Shown here: positions 1 to 11,562 of the stretch, piece by piece
Position numbering within the stretch: position 1 is the first letter of the stretch
Layout: each line of letters starts with the position of its first letter
Source of the DNA: Octopus sinensis
Taxonomy: Eukaryota
DNA length: 64,000 bases
Assembly (NCBI RefSeq): GCF_006345805.1
Contig: NC_043020.1
Location: 3,534,001 to 3,598,000 of the forward strand
Reading direction: 5' to 3'
Program-made: the position numbers and the translations under genes
The notes under the pieces: generated by a model
What the model was told of the DNA's origin: nothing
The model's database searches: none
The model's input: only the letters and a program-made list of their open reading frames with translations

Positions 1-15
1 CACACACACACACAC

Positions 16-51
<36 letters not shown>

Positions 52-124
52 TGAACACTAAAAAGAAAAAAAAGAACAAAAAACCCCGTTCTTTTTTTAT
101 TCAATCATTGACGTAGACAATAAA

Positions 125-270
125 CAAGGGTGGGGGCGTGATTTGTCGCTGGAGATCAGCAGAGAAGCCTCCTGATATAGGCGGGTGAGCGACGATATTG
201 TTCAAACATATTCCTGTCTGTCACCGGTAACTCGAGTTCCTTCAGTTAAGAACATCGCCACCAAGAAATC
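125..270 (+). promoter_or_regulatory. Possible proximal promoter / 5' UTR of the sulfotransferase
   Basis: CpG-retaining segment with GC-box-like GGGGGCGTG and GGCGGG, and Inr-like TCAGTT at 242-247. The same TTCCTTCAG could instead be a splice acceptor. Confidence 0.3.
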
Positions 271-514
271 ATGTCTGCATCGTCGTTGATGTCGTTGTTG
301 GCCAAGTCAACATCATCACCGGAGGATTTGTTAAATAATGATATAATTAAACATTTTACCAAAATAGAAGATGAAGAGGGAAATAGCAAGTTTGTTATTT
401 GCCATGATGGTGTCATCTACCCGCCAATTCCTTCACTTTTGGAATGTCTACCAAGAATTTCTACATTCAAGAAAAAGTCTGATGATGTTTTCATTTGCGC
501 ATATCCTTACAGCG
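271..514 (+). CDS. Cytosolic sulfotransferase (Sulfotransfer_1 / SULT1-like), coding exon 1 of 5
   Basis: ATG at 271 (alternative ATG at 289). Reads ...FKKKSDDVFICAYPYSG, matching the SULT DDV(F/W)xxxYPKSG motif. Donor G|GTAAGT at 515, phase 1. Confidence 0.9.
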
Positions 515-831
515 GTAAGTGCGTTTTGATTTCTGTATTTCACGTGCTTGTGTGTACGTACTACATACATACAAGTGTGTATGTGTGTCAGTTTATGAAA
601 AACTCTATTTTTGCATTCCTTTCAGTACAACTCTTGTATACGTTCATCTACTGTATAAACGCGAAACTCTCTGAAAGAGCGCATTCTTGAGAAATGTGAC
701 TTGCGAAATCTGCACCCCAAACACAATGTCGTCCGTAAAAAAAAAATTATACTAGAAATAACTCACTTTTAGATCGACAAATTTCCCACTCTCTGTTCAT
801 CTCCATCACTCTCTCTCTCTCCCTCTATATA

Positions 832-1150
832 TCTGTATATATAAAAGGCAGGATGTGTGTGTGTGTACGTGAATGTAATTTATGCACGTCCACAAATTAG
901 CACGCATGTCGCTCCAATTTGAGGAGGACATTCGTCATGATACAAGCTGTGCTTTCGTCAACTTATTTTTACCAGAATAGCAGTAAAACTAAATTTTCAA
1001 CCAAAACTTTTAACAATTTCAAGTCGGAGAAATCACCAGTTTGCAAACAGGAGTTAAGTCCCCTTCTAGCGACGAGTAAGTTTTTGTTAAGACTTTTGTT
1101 GCTTTTTTCCATCGAGGAAAAAGTGTTTTGTTGATATACGGGCAACACAC
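832..1150 (+). mobile_element. Probable non-autonomous Helitron 5' part
   Basis: A|TCTGTATATATAAAAGGCAGG resembles the 5' end of the 54430 element. No CTAG end found. Confidence 0.4.
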
Positions 1151-1253
1151 ACGCGCACACACACAGACGAACATGTATGCGTACAAAAAACATGTATGCA
1201 ATAGGTGTACGTACGTGTGTGTGTTGCCCATGTATATATATATATATATATAT

Positions 1254-1990
1254 CTGTAAATATAATATGTGACAATTATTCGGTAGCCATGATAAAACTC
1301 GGAGTTTCGGATGTTGGGGCGGAAACCGCTAGCCACCATCTCTTCTATTATCTGGCCATCGAAAAAATGCTATGAAAGTGACCATTAAACAAAGGGAAAT
1401 TACTATGTGATTGACCGTTATTAAGACAAAAGAGCTATTTGAATGACCGCTAAGTGAGGGGTGGGAGTAAAGGTAAGGGAGTAAAAATGTTCATAGTATT
1501 CACGTAAGCACGCATATCCATAGCTATACATGCACGCCCGCACACCCACGTACATGTGCCTATATGTATATACTCATCCACCCACATTTGAAACATACAC
1601 ATGCTCACCCATACATTCATCAAAAAATATATACATACCCGCGTACACGCTCGCACACACACACACACGTGCGCAAAAAGGTTCATACACACATTTTGCA
1701 CACGTGTGTGCGTGTGTGTGTGTAGACGTGTGCGGGTATATGCGTATATAGCCATGTGTGTGTAAGTGCATACATGAATGTGCGAATCTAGATGTGTTTT
1801 ACTCTTATTGCTTATTTTTTACACATTTTTCTGTATTTTGCCATTAGCCCTGTTTTTTCTTGTGCATTTTCATAGCATTGTTTTGATGGCCAGATAATTG
1901 AAGAGATGGCGGCAGCGGTTTCCGCTCCGACATCCAAAACTCGGAGTTTTATCATGGCTACCGAAAATTTGTCACATACTATATTTAGAG
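1254..1990. mobile_element. MITE-like element with ~125-bp terminal inverted repeats
   Basis: 1254..1377 is the reverse complement of 1868..1990 with scattered mismatches (core CGGTAGCCATGATAAAACTC). Interior is microsatellite-rich. Confidence 0.7.
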
Positions 1991-3887
1991 ACACACACAC
2001 ACACATATATCATCATCATCATCATCGTTTAACGTCCGTTTTCCGCGCTAGCACGGGTTGGACGGTTTCGACCGGGGTCTGGGGAGCTCAGGACTGCCCC
2101 AGGCTCCAGTCTAGTCTGGCAGTGTTTCTACAGCTGGATGCCCTTCCTAACGCCAACCACTCCGCGAGTGTAGTGGGTGTTTTTTACGTGCCACCTGCAC
2201 AGGTGCCAGAGGGGTCTGGCATCGGCCACGTTCGGATGGTGCTTTTTATGTGGGGGGGGGGTATAGAAATATATAGGGGAGCACCAGTGGGGAGGGGTGG
2301 TTCAGAGAAATGATGACAGGTTCTAGGCAAGTAGAACGTAGGATATCAAGAGAGGGGTAATGCATGGTGAAATAGCGTGTTGAATATATATATATTGAAT
2401 ATATATATATATATATTCAATTGCTGCATGGAAGGTGTTTATAAGCCATTTAAGAAACACACGAAAACTGTTAGATTCACTTCAACATTTAAATTTAATT
2501 TGTCAAAATATTTTTGTCGCTTTGCAGTACGAAATTTTGTCAGTGAACAGGTCGCGGTCTCAAGCGTATATAGACCTAACCACAAATAATCTTAAATATT
2601 CATGTCACAAAACGGTTGCCTGACTACCTCAATAATCATAGTAGAAAAAATTAAATAGTCAAACAAAAAATCTAGGTTGCTTTAAATTCACACATGCTGG
2701 ATATTATATTGAAGTTTCTGTGACTACGCTTGTGGCTGAGTAGGTATATCTTGGGAAGCAACGACAAGGGTCGCATGAAAGAGATTCTTTCACGACTCCT
2801 TCGGGGAAAGGGTTCTCATCTTCCATGTATGTAATAGCATGTTTAAATCTCCCTGAGAACCAGGTTCGAGTGGGGAGGATTCAGCCACTTGCATGCTAAT
2901 TCCAACTGGAAAACTTGTCATAACAAACAGAGTACAAGATTTTATGTAGGAGTTAAAAGTGACCCAGAATGTGACAAGGCTGCCCCCCCCCCCTTAGAAT
3001 TGCTGGTACAACTAATTTTTGCCAGCCGAGTGGATTGGGGCGATGTGAAATAAAGGGTCTTGCTCAAGGACACAACATACTGCCAGGAATTGAACTCATG
3101 ACCTTAGGATCATGAGCTGAATATGCAAACCACTGAGCCATATGGCTTCACAACTCATACACATATACATACATACTTACATACATAAATACACATACAT
3201 ACATACATACATAAATACATATGCACATATATACTATACACCCATACATATTCACACACAATCACACACACAAACTCATGCACACAGTATATTCTAAAGG
3301 ATAGTTCCCAACTACTAAATTCCACTATTTGCCCTCTTAATCAACCTGATGCCATCGTAGAGGACACATGCAAAGATCTCAAATGTGGCTCTTAAAGGTT
3401 TTCAGCTTAAAGGTTTTCAGTTTCATTTATAATAACCCGAGAAAGGTATGTGTCTTTTATAACCTCATTCACTCAATCCTCTCCTTTATGGACAACAGAA
3501 TGAATATAAGTAATTCAATATAAGTGTTATGTGAATATTTGGAATTTCATATATCTGGGGCCCAAAAGTAAGTGGGTCATGAAAGGCCCTTTCTGTTTGT
3601 GTTGACCTACTTACTTCTTTCCAAAGCAATTAAGTGTTGCAAATCAGACCACATGCACCAAAAATAAGCTTTTTTATATGGTTACTTTACTTGTTAGAAA
3701 TGGTAACCAAAGCTCTTTAAAATCACATTTTACTGTGTTTTTTTAAGAGTTCATTTGGGTAGATATAATCCAGATTACACTATGTCTGATAAAAGGTGGA
3801 ATGTCATGGTTCAGGTCTCTTTGATCACATGTTTGCTCAATTATGACTAGCTTCGGATTGAAAAAAAAAAACAGTACTATAGATAGT

Positions 3888-4294
3888 AAGCACAGGTGTG
3901 GCTGTGTGGAAAGTAGTTTGCTTCTTAACCACATGGTTCCAGGTTCAGTCCCACTGCATGGCACCTTGGGCAAGTGTTTTCTACTATAGCTAGGACTGAC
4001 CAAAGCCTTGTGATTGGATTTGGAAGATGGAAACTGATAAAAGCCCAACCCACACACAATGTGCGTGTGTGTGTGTGTCCTTATGTCTGTGTTTGTCCCC
4101 AACCACCACTTGACAACCGGTGTTGGTGTGTTTACATCTTCATAAATTAGTGGCTTGGCAATAAGAGACTGGTAGAATAAGTACTAAGCTTTAAAAAAAT
4201 AAGTCTTGTGGTCAATTTGTTCCACTAAAATACTTCAAGGTGGTGCTCCAGCATGGCCGCAGTCAAATGACTGAAATCAGTAAAAGATGAAAAT
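3888..4294 (+). mobile_element. tRNA-derived SINE family A, old copy
   Basis: A box TGGCTGTGTGG, B box GGTTCAGTCC, body GGCACCTTGGGCAAGTG, tail GTAAAAGAT. Further copies at 15793-16223 +, 21445-21680 +, 33455-33591 -, 47690-47820 +. Confidence 0.8.
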
Positions 4295-4878
4295 ATGGCG
4301 ACAGCAACAACAATGATAACAAATACAACACTTAACCAAAACTTAGGCAGAAAGACAGAAAGAGACAAAAAGTGTGAATCTGGCAGATAAAGAATAATCT
4401 CCAAGACTTCATAAACAGTTCAGAATGGGAGGAAAGTTGCGGCAGTTTCTATGAATTCTGTAATTCTTGTGTTTATGACCAAACCATTTATCTGAGCGGG
4501 GACTAGAAAACTTTCTTTTTATAAATCATCATCATCATCATCATCGTTTAACGTCCGCTTTCCATGCTAGCACAGGTTGGACAGTTTGACCAGGGTCTGG
4601 GAAGCCAGAAGGCTGCACCAGGCTCAGTCTGATCTGGCAGCATTTCTACAGCTGGATGCCCTTCCTAATGCCAACCACTCCGTGAGTGTAGTGGGTGCTT
4701 TTTACATACCACCGGCACAGGTGCCAGGTGAGCCGGGCAACAGCCATGATCGGTTGAAGCTTTTTACATGCCGCCGGCAGGGAGGCCAGTCGAGGTGGCG
4801 CTGGCAACGGCCACGTTCGGATGGTTCTTTTACATGCCACCAGCACTGGTATCACAAAGACTGAAAATTCTTTGTGCT

Positions 4879-4911
<33 letters not shown>

Positions 4912-6139
4912 GTAAACAGAAATAACTAAAGCATAAGAGAGGAAAAACTAAGGAAAGAAGGGACTGACTTAAGAAGGGGATTAATCAAATGAAAAAAGTG
5001 AATGCAAAGAAGCTGAGTGAATTCTGCTGAAGGAACCCGAAGACCGTGTGGTGCTGTGAAGCTGGGGGGATAGGATAAAGTTTACCACCCCTGTAAGCTT
5101 ATGGTAAAATTTGAACTCAGAATGCAAAGAGCCAGAAGTAATGTCTTATTCTAACTATTCTGGCTGACCTCAACCCTAGGCTGATACTGTATTTATCAAC
5201 CTTTGGAAAGATGAAGAGCAACATTGACCTTGACCAGATTTGAACTCAGAATCACATAAGATATTTTGTCCACTGCTCTAATGGCTCTGCCACCAATTGG
5301 CTACATTGGCAGGGGATCAATGGTCAAGTGAAGTGACACAGAGATGGATGGATTAGTGATGAGTTAAACAATTGTGGTAGGCGGTAGGGAGGCAAGGCCA
5401 AAGGAATGAAGCTCATGGTGTTGTGTGGGGTATAAACAAACATGCCAACTTTCTCAGCTGCCCCTTTTACATATGACTTGGTAGCAGTTTTATGTGCTGG
5501 TGTAGTCACAAGAAGGCACCACCCCTGGTGTTCTTGGCTCCCTGCTCACCACTCTCAGGGTAGAGATAGTTAGTGTGAGCCCTGTGAATCAGAGTGGCTC
5601 TTCTAGTGGCACATCTCCCTCACCATCCTCCATGGTAATACCTTTTCCATTTTGTCTGCTGGGGCCATGAAGTGGTCTGAATTTACAAGAAGTTGAGAGA
5701 ATAGAATTTCATAGCTTGCTACCAGCAGTTGGTCAGTATTTCAATGAAACACAATGCCCTCAACCACCACCACCACCACCACCATCACCAACATCATTAT
5801 TACCTGCTTCCCTGCATCTTGTTGTGTTTCCTCAGGCAATATGTAAATATTGTATCCATAAGTTTAAAATCCTTGGCTTCAAGAACATCCTGTCTACCTG
5901 TCATGGTCTGAACTTAGTCGTAGTCTCTGAACTTATCAGAGCGTGTTGTTATACTTGAAGGGCTGTTAGCAAAAACTGCTTTGAATGTGTAACTGTAGGG
6001 GGAGTGGTAAGTTTGGTACTGTGAAAGGGATTGTTGTTTGAAAGGGAGTTTGAAAGAGATCGGCATTTCATTTCTTTGTTCTGCTCATTTGTTCTTAATA
6101 CTTGATTACGCATATGATTTTCATTAGCTGACTTTCAAG

Positions 6140-6174
6140 ATTCAGTACTCAGACACACACACACACACACACAC

Positions 6175-6241
<67 letters not shown>

Positions 6242-6278
6242 ACACACACGCAGACAACTTCAGCTTTATAGATATAGA
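6140..6278 (-). mobile_element. Probable Helitron 5' terminus with (CA)n tract
   Basis: On minus, A|TCTATATCTATAAAGCTGAAGTTGTCTG followed by (TG)n. 3' end not located. Confidence 0.4.
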
Positions 6279-7185
6279 TTCATTCATAAACACAGTTAAT
6301 ATAAGGCAGCTATGATATAGTACAGTCGTTGATGAAATATGGTTACAGTACTTCACTGTAAAACACTGCAACATAAAATCGCTGTAAAACACTCCTACAT
6401 AAAATCTTGTACTCATCAGGGAAAGAAAGAGAAACAAAATGCATCAATAAGACATTTTAACCGAATGTGATTACTGCAAATAGGATGAAGGGAAGAGTAG
6501 TAAGTTATTTAAAAAAAAAACAATTTATAGATATAAATTGAAAGGCAATTTACAGAAAGTGGAGGAGGAAGAAAGAAATTTCAGAAACCTAAAAGTGGAG
6601 AAATGTAGTGCAAGAGGTGAATAGGAATAAAGAAATATATTTAGTGGTAGTGAAATGCAAGAAGATAGTCGAAGGTCGAATTTTATAGACTGGTAGAAAT
6701 TTCTTAAAGGAACTAAAAGTATATTTTTGCCAATATTTGCAATGATAAACGTGTTCTTTAAATGTGTTTACAAGAGGATTCTATGAGAACAGGATGAAAT
6801 ACAGTTCATCGTTATAGAGTGAACAAAAAGATGTACCTTTATCATAAAGAAAGGAACTAGATAAAATATTTCATTCCAAATCAAATTCTTTATCATGTTC
6901 CTTTAAAGACGAAATTAATTTACTAAGCCCAGTATTGTTGCGTTTCCTTCATCCCAGATGCAGGAATCATATTTGGTTAAAATGTCTAATTGATGCTGTT
7001 TGTTTCTTTTTTTTTCCCTGATGAGAAGATTGCAGTGTTTTACATCACCTTATTCCTTCTGGAATAATACCAATGTTTTCTTTGAAACATATGTTGGAAG
7101 TTTTATCTCCATTTATTATATGTATATATATATCTGTGTGTGTGTATGTATATTTATCTAATATATGTATTTATTTATCTTTCAG

Positions 7186-7503
7186 GAACTCATTGGATGT
7201 GGGAAGTGACCAGTATGATTTTAAGGAGGAAAGCTGAAAGAATAGGTGGTGTCAAAGAGGAAATGATGCTGGAAGTTATACCCCAGCCACAATTGGAAAA
7301 CATAGAGTCCCCACGAGTGCTCAATACTCACATTTTGCCAAGTGTACTCCCTTCAGACGTAATATCTGAAGGCAAAATTATATTGATGATGCGTAACCCC
7401 AAGGATGTTGCTGTTTCTGCTTACAGGCAATTAACTGGTTCAATTTATAATACGTACGAAGGAAGTTTTTCGAATTTCTTCAATTTGTTTATAAAGGGTC
7501 AAG
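7186..7503 (+). CDS. Cytosolic sulfotransferase, coding exon 2
   Basis: Acceptor TTTCAG|GA completes Gly, giving GTHWMWEV. Contains PRVLNTH (catalytic His) and RNPKDVAVS (3'-phosphate-binding Arg/Ser). Donor AAG|GTGAAT at 7504, phase 1. Confidence 0.93.
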
Positions 7504-7712
7504 GTGAATATAACACATTATTTATGTTTAAACAAACATTTTACCCCCTAAAAACACTGCATCATAGGTCGTCAGGTCTCCTGCAGCACTACACATCGAC
7601 AATCCAATCCAATCCTTTGTCCTCTCCTCAGTGAGATGCAACAACTTCAGCTCAGCTTTCATCATATCATTTCAAATTTTCCAAGAGTTTCATTGCTTGG
7701 AGTACATCTGTG

Positions 7713-7745
<33 letters not shown>

Positions 7746-8135
7746 ATGTGTGTGTGTGTGTGCGTGTGTGTATGTATATGTATATGTATTTGAGGAGACC
7801 TATTGAGTCAAGTACATCGACATCAAAATAAATATCAAATGGAAATTGTAGTTGTGATACCCGTGCTGGTGGCATGTAAAAAGCACCATCCGAAAGTGGC
7901 CGATGCCAGCACTGCCTTGACTGGCTTCTGTGCCGGTGGCACGTAATAAGCACCCACTACACTCACGGAGTGGTTGGCGTTAGGAAGGGCATCCAGCTGT
8001 AAAAACTCTGCCAAAACAGACAGAGTACCCTGGGGTAGTCTTCTACCTGGCCAGCCCCTCTCAACCATCCTACCCATGCATGAATGGAAGTTGGATATTA
8101 AACAATGATGATAATGATGATGATATGTATGTATG

Positions 8136-8173
<38 letters not shown>

Positions 8174-8699
8174 CACCAGTACAGTCCATAAAATGGTTGG
8201 CATATGGAAGGGCATCTGACTGTAGGCATAAGCAAAGTTTAGGTTAGTTAAAATGTGTTTGTGACATATTTCAACTGCTAAAAGGCACTGGTATTTTGGC
8301 AATTTCCTCAACTCGGTGATCTACTGGGACAAATAAGTCAACATTGTTGACTGTGTGTTTGATAAAGCTTATAGCTTTATAAGATCTGTTCAGAGTTGCC
8401 TCTTTTAGGTAATTCCCATTGATAAAAGCTAAGGAGCTAGAAACATCGATGTCTGGGAAACCTGATGGATAGGGACACTGAACAGATATGATGTTTTAAC
8501 ACCATTTTACCATATGAGAAAATTTTCTCTCCAGTAACTGCAGGGAATTCGTCTTTTAGCAGTTGAACTATGTCACAAACATATTTTAACAAACCTAGAT
8601 TTTCCATCCATCTATCTGTCCGTCTGTCTGTCTGATGTATATATACATAAATGCCCTTAATTTAGTTACCAATATTAGATTCCGTAAGTACCATAACTC

Positions 8700-10920
8700 C
8701 TTTCAATCTAAAGTGAAGTCTGATATTAAGTTCAAAAAAGAAGTTCGTATTTTCTGATAAAACTAAAATAATCCGTATGAAGTTACGAATAATTTATACA
8801 ATTAGTTGCCAAAAGACATTTCTACTAAATAAAAAGCGAACGTAGAAAAAAGATACTATGATGTTAATGTTGAGGCTAAATTCCTCACTAAACATAGTAA
8901 TATTGGTGTTAGGTTAGAATGCTTAGCTAAGAGAGAGGCTTTTATTACGTTAAAAGACCATAAACCTAATTTTCATGATAATCCTACTTGTAGATTGATA
9001 AACTCAGCGAGATCTTTATTTGGGCAAATTGCTAAAAAATTTCTTAGAAACATTGAAATTAGAGAAATTCAACAGTGGAATAAAAGTTTTACTGTAATAC
9101 TGGAATAACAAGCCTCGACTAGCCCCCGTGCCGGTGGCACGTAGCACCATCCGTTCGTGGCCGTTGCCAGCCTCGCCTGGCCCCTGTGCTGGTGGCACGT
9201 AAAAGCACCATCCGTTCGTGGTCATTGCCAGCCTCGCTTGGCCCCCGTGCCATTGGCACGTAAAAAGCACCATCCGTCCATGGCCATTTGCCAGCTCCGT
9301 CTGGCACCTGTGCGGGTGGCACGTAAAAAGCGCCCACTACACTCACGGAGTGGTTGGCGTTAGGAAGGGCGCATCCGGCTGTAGAAACTCTGCCAGATCA
9401 AGATTGGAGCCTGGTGCAGCCTTCTGGCTTCACAGACCCCAGTTGAACCGTCCAACCCATGCTAGCATGGAAAGTGGATGCTAAATGATGATGATGATGA
9501 TGATGATGGCTAAATTCATCCGGTTTGATATTATAGACTTTTATCCCTCCATATCTAGATACTGCTTGATAAAGCCATTGTGTTTGCTATATCATAGGTT
9601 GATATTGGCTTTATAGACTGTAGACCTAAAGTTTATCAAGCGTGCGAGGAAAACACTTCAGTTCGGTTAAAGATTAGCATGGGTGAAAAGGTTGCATAAT
9701 GATGAACTGTTTGATGTATCTATCATTACCAGCATCGCCTTACTGGCACCTGCGCTGGTGGTACGTGTAAAAGATTTGAGTGAGGTCATTGCCAGTACCG
9801 CCTGACTGGCATGCAAAAGCACCCACTACACTCTCAGAGTGGTTGGCGTTAGGAAGGGCATCCAGCTGTAGAAACTCTGCCAGATCAAGACTGGAGCCTG
9901 GTGCAGGCATCTGGTTCGCCAGTCCTCAGTCAAATTGTCCAACCCATGCTAGCATGGAAAGCGGACATTAAACGATGATGATGATGATGATGGGGCCATA
10001 TGATAGTGCTGACATCTGTGATCTTGTGGGTTTGTTTAAAACGAACACATTGAGATCTAAGTACCCATCTCATGATGTTGGTCTATACCAATATGATGGT
10101 TTTGGTATTTCCCATGGGTGTGATGGTCACACCCTTGATAGATTTAAATAACAACTTATTTCTACCTTCAGCTAATTAGTCTTTAAAATTACAGTAGTGA
10201 CTAATCTGTCTAGACCTGAACTCCTCATCTAAGCATTTCCATAAGCCTGATGAGAACCTCTCATACAAACATAAACAGTCTTGTCACCCCACCCCCTCCT
10301 TTAATATTTAAAAATCTGATTGCTAATAATGGTAACAGTGTGTCTAACCTGTCTTCCTCTTGAGAAATTTTTGAGAAAGCGGCCCCCTACAATGCCCTAG
10401 CCAATAGTGGCTTCAAAGATAAATTGATATATAATCCCTCTAATATTAATTAGAATAATAATAATTGACTTAGTGGCATCAAAGATAAAGTAATAGATAT
10501 GTCCTCTAATATTAATTAGAATAATAATATTAAGAGACTTAAAAATAGGCCAAAGGAAATTATTTGGTTTGCTTCTCCTTTTCCCTTAAAATAAAAACTA
10601 ACACAGGTAAAAGATTTCTGTCTCTGCGAGACAAACACTTTCCAGTAACAGGAAAATACTTTAATAGGCGTTCTGTGAAATGATCATAAAGCTGCTGCCC
10701 CAGTACCGAAAGCCTAAACCCAACTGTAACAGTCATGCCCCAGGATCCTGTCCACTCGACTAATGATGTATGATTAGATCTGTTGTAGACGAGGCAGAAG
10801 TCACTGCAACTCTAAATCACATTACAACAGATAAGAAGAACTATATTGTAAAGGGAAATTTAAAAATCGCTTTACCAACCACATAACCTCCTTCTGCCAT
10901 AAGGACAAACGCAAGGATGG
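8700..10920 (+). mobile_element. Decayed Penelope-like retroelement (RT plus GIY-YIG), split by two SINEs
   Basis: Fragments AFITLKDHKPNFHDNPTCRLIN, FDIIDFYPSI, FDVS|MGPYDSADICDLVG, GLYQYDG (decayed YxDD), IIWF..PF..TNTGKRFL...DKHFP, and FKNRFTNHITSF. Many stops and frameshifts. Confidence 0.8.
9118..9507 (+). mobile_element. SINE family B (RTE-like 3' tail, ~63-bp internal tandem units, (GAT)n end)
   Basis: GGTTGGCGTTAGGAAGGGC...AACCCATGCTAGCATGGAAAG..(GAT)n. Other copies at 2011-2250 -, 4524-4856 -, 7845-8125 +, 9722-9990 +, 11562-11885 -. Confidence 0.85.
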
Positions 10921-10959
10921 CTAACACCAGATGTGATGAAGTAGAAAACAATTAAGAAA

Positions 10960-11156
10960 TCTGTTGTGTCTGGGGAGAGTCATTTTCTTTTTGTGCCTTA
11001 TTATGTAACACACTCACTGGTAAAATTTCCACTTTTTTCTTATTTTTATGAAAGAAAAGGAAAAAAAGAAAGAAAGAAAAAAAGTGGAAATTTTACCGGT
11101 GAGTGTGTGACATTATAAGGCACAAAAAGAAAATGACTCTCCCCAGACACAACAGA
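10960..11156. repeat. Near-perfect foldback: ~80-bp inverted arms, ~35-nt spacer
   Basis: CTGTTGTGTCTGGGGAGAGTC...CCACTTTTTT versus AAAAAAGTGG...GACTCTCCCCAGACACAACAG, about 3 substitutions. AAT flanks both sides (possible 3-bp TSD). Confidence 0.85.
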
Positions 11157-11530
11157 ATATGCTTCAACACACGAACTCATATAAAGAATCTTGCAAACCA
11201 AATCCCAAAATGAAATTGAGAAATCTATATCTTGTTAATGGATCAAATAAATGTAGGCTATATTTAGCTGAAAGAGCTCAGCTCCTGTTCACATCTAAGA
11301 TCCATAACTTTCTACTGAACTCTAGGTCAGACATTTTCAGTGGTTGCAAGCTTATGTATAAATATATTTTGAAGAATTGGAAAATTCTGTCCATTCCTAA
11401 TAAACTTGTTGAGATCTTTCCAGGTTTATAATTTAAGGTCTAAGGGAGATAACTCGTTTACCTTTTTTTAAACTTTTTACTTTCTACATATTAATATTTC
11501 TAAGTCTCCGTAAAGGAGTCTACAGTAGCG

Positions 11531-11562
<32 letters not shown>

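Noticed and set aside
9120-9330. Regular ~63-bp repeats that might be a CRISPR-like array
   Set aside because: The units are tandem with no unique spacers and form part of SINE B in a eukaryotic genome.
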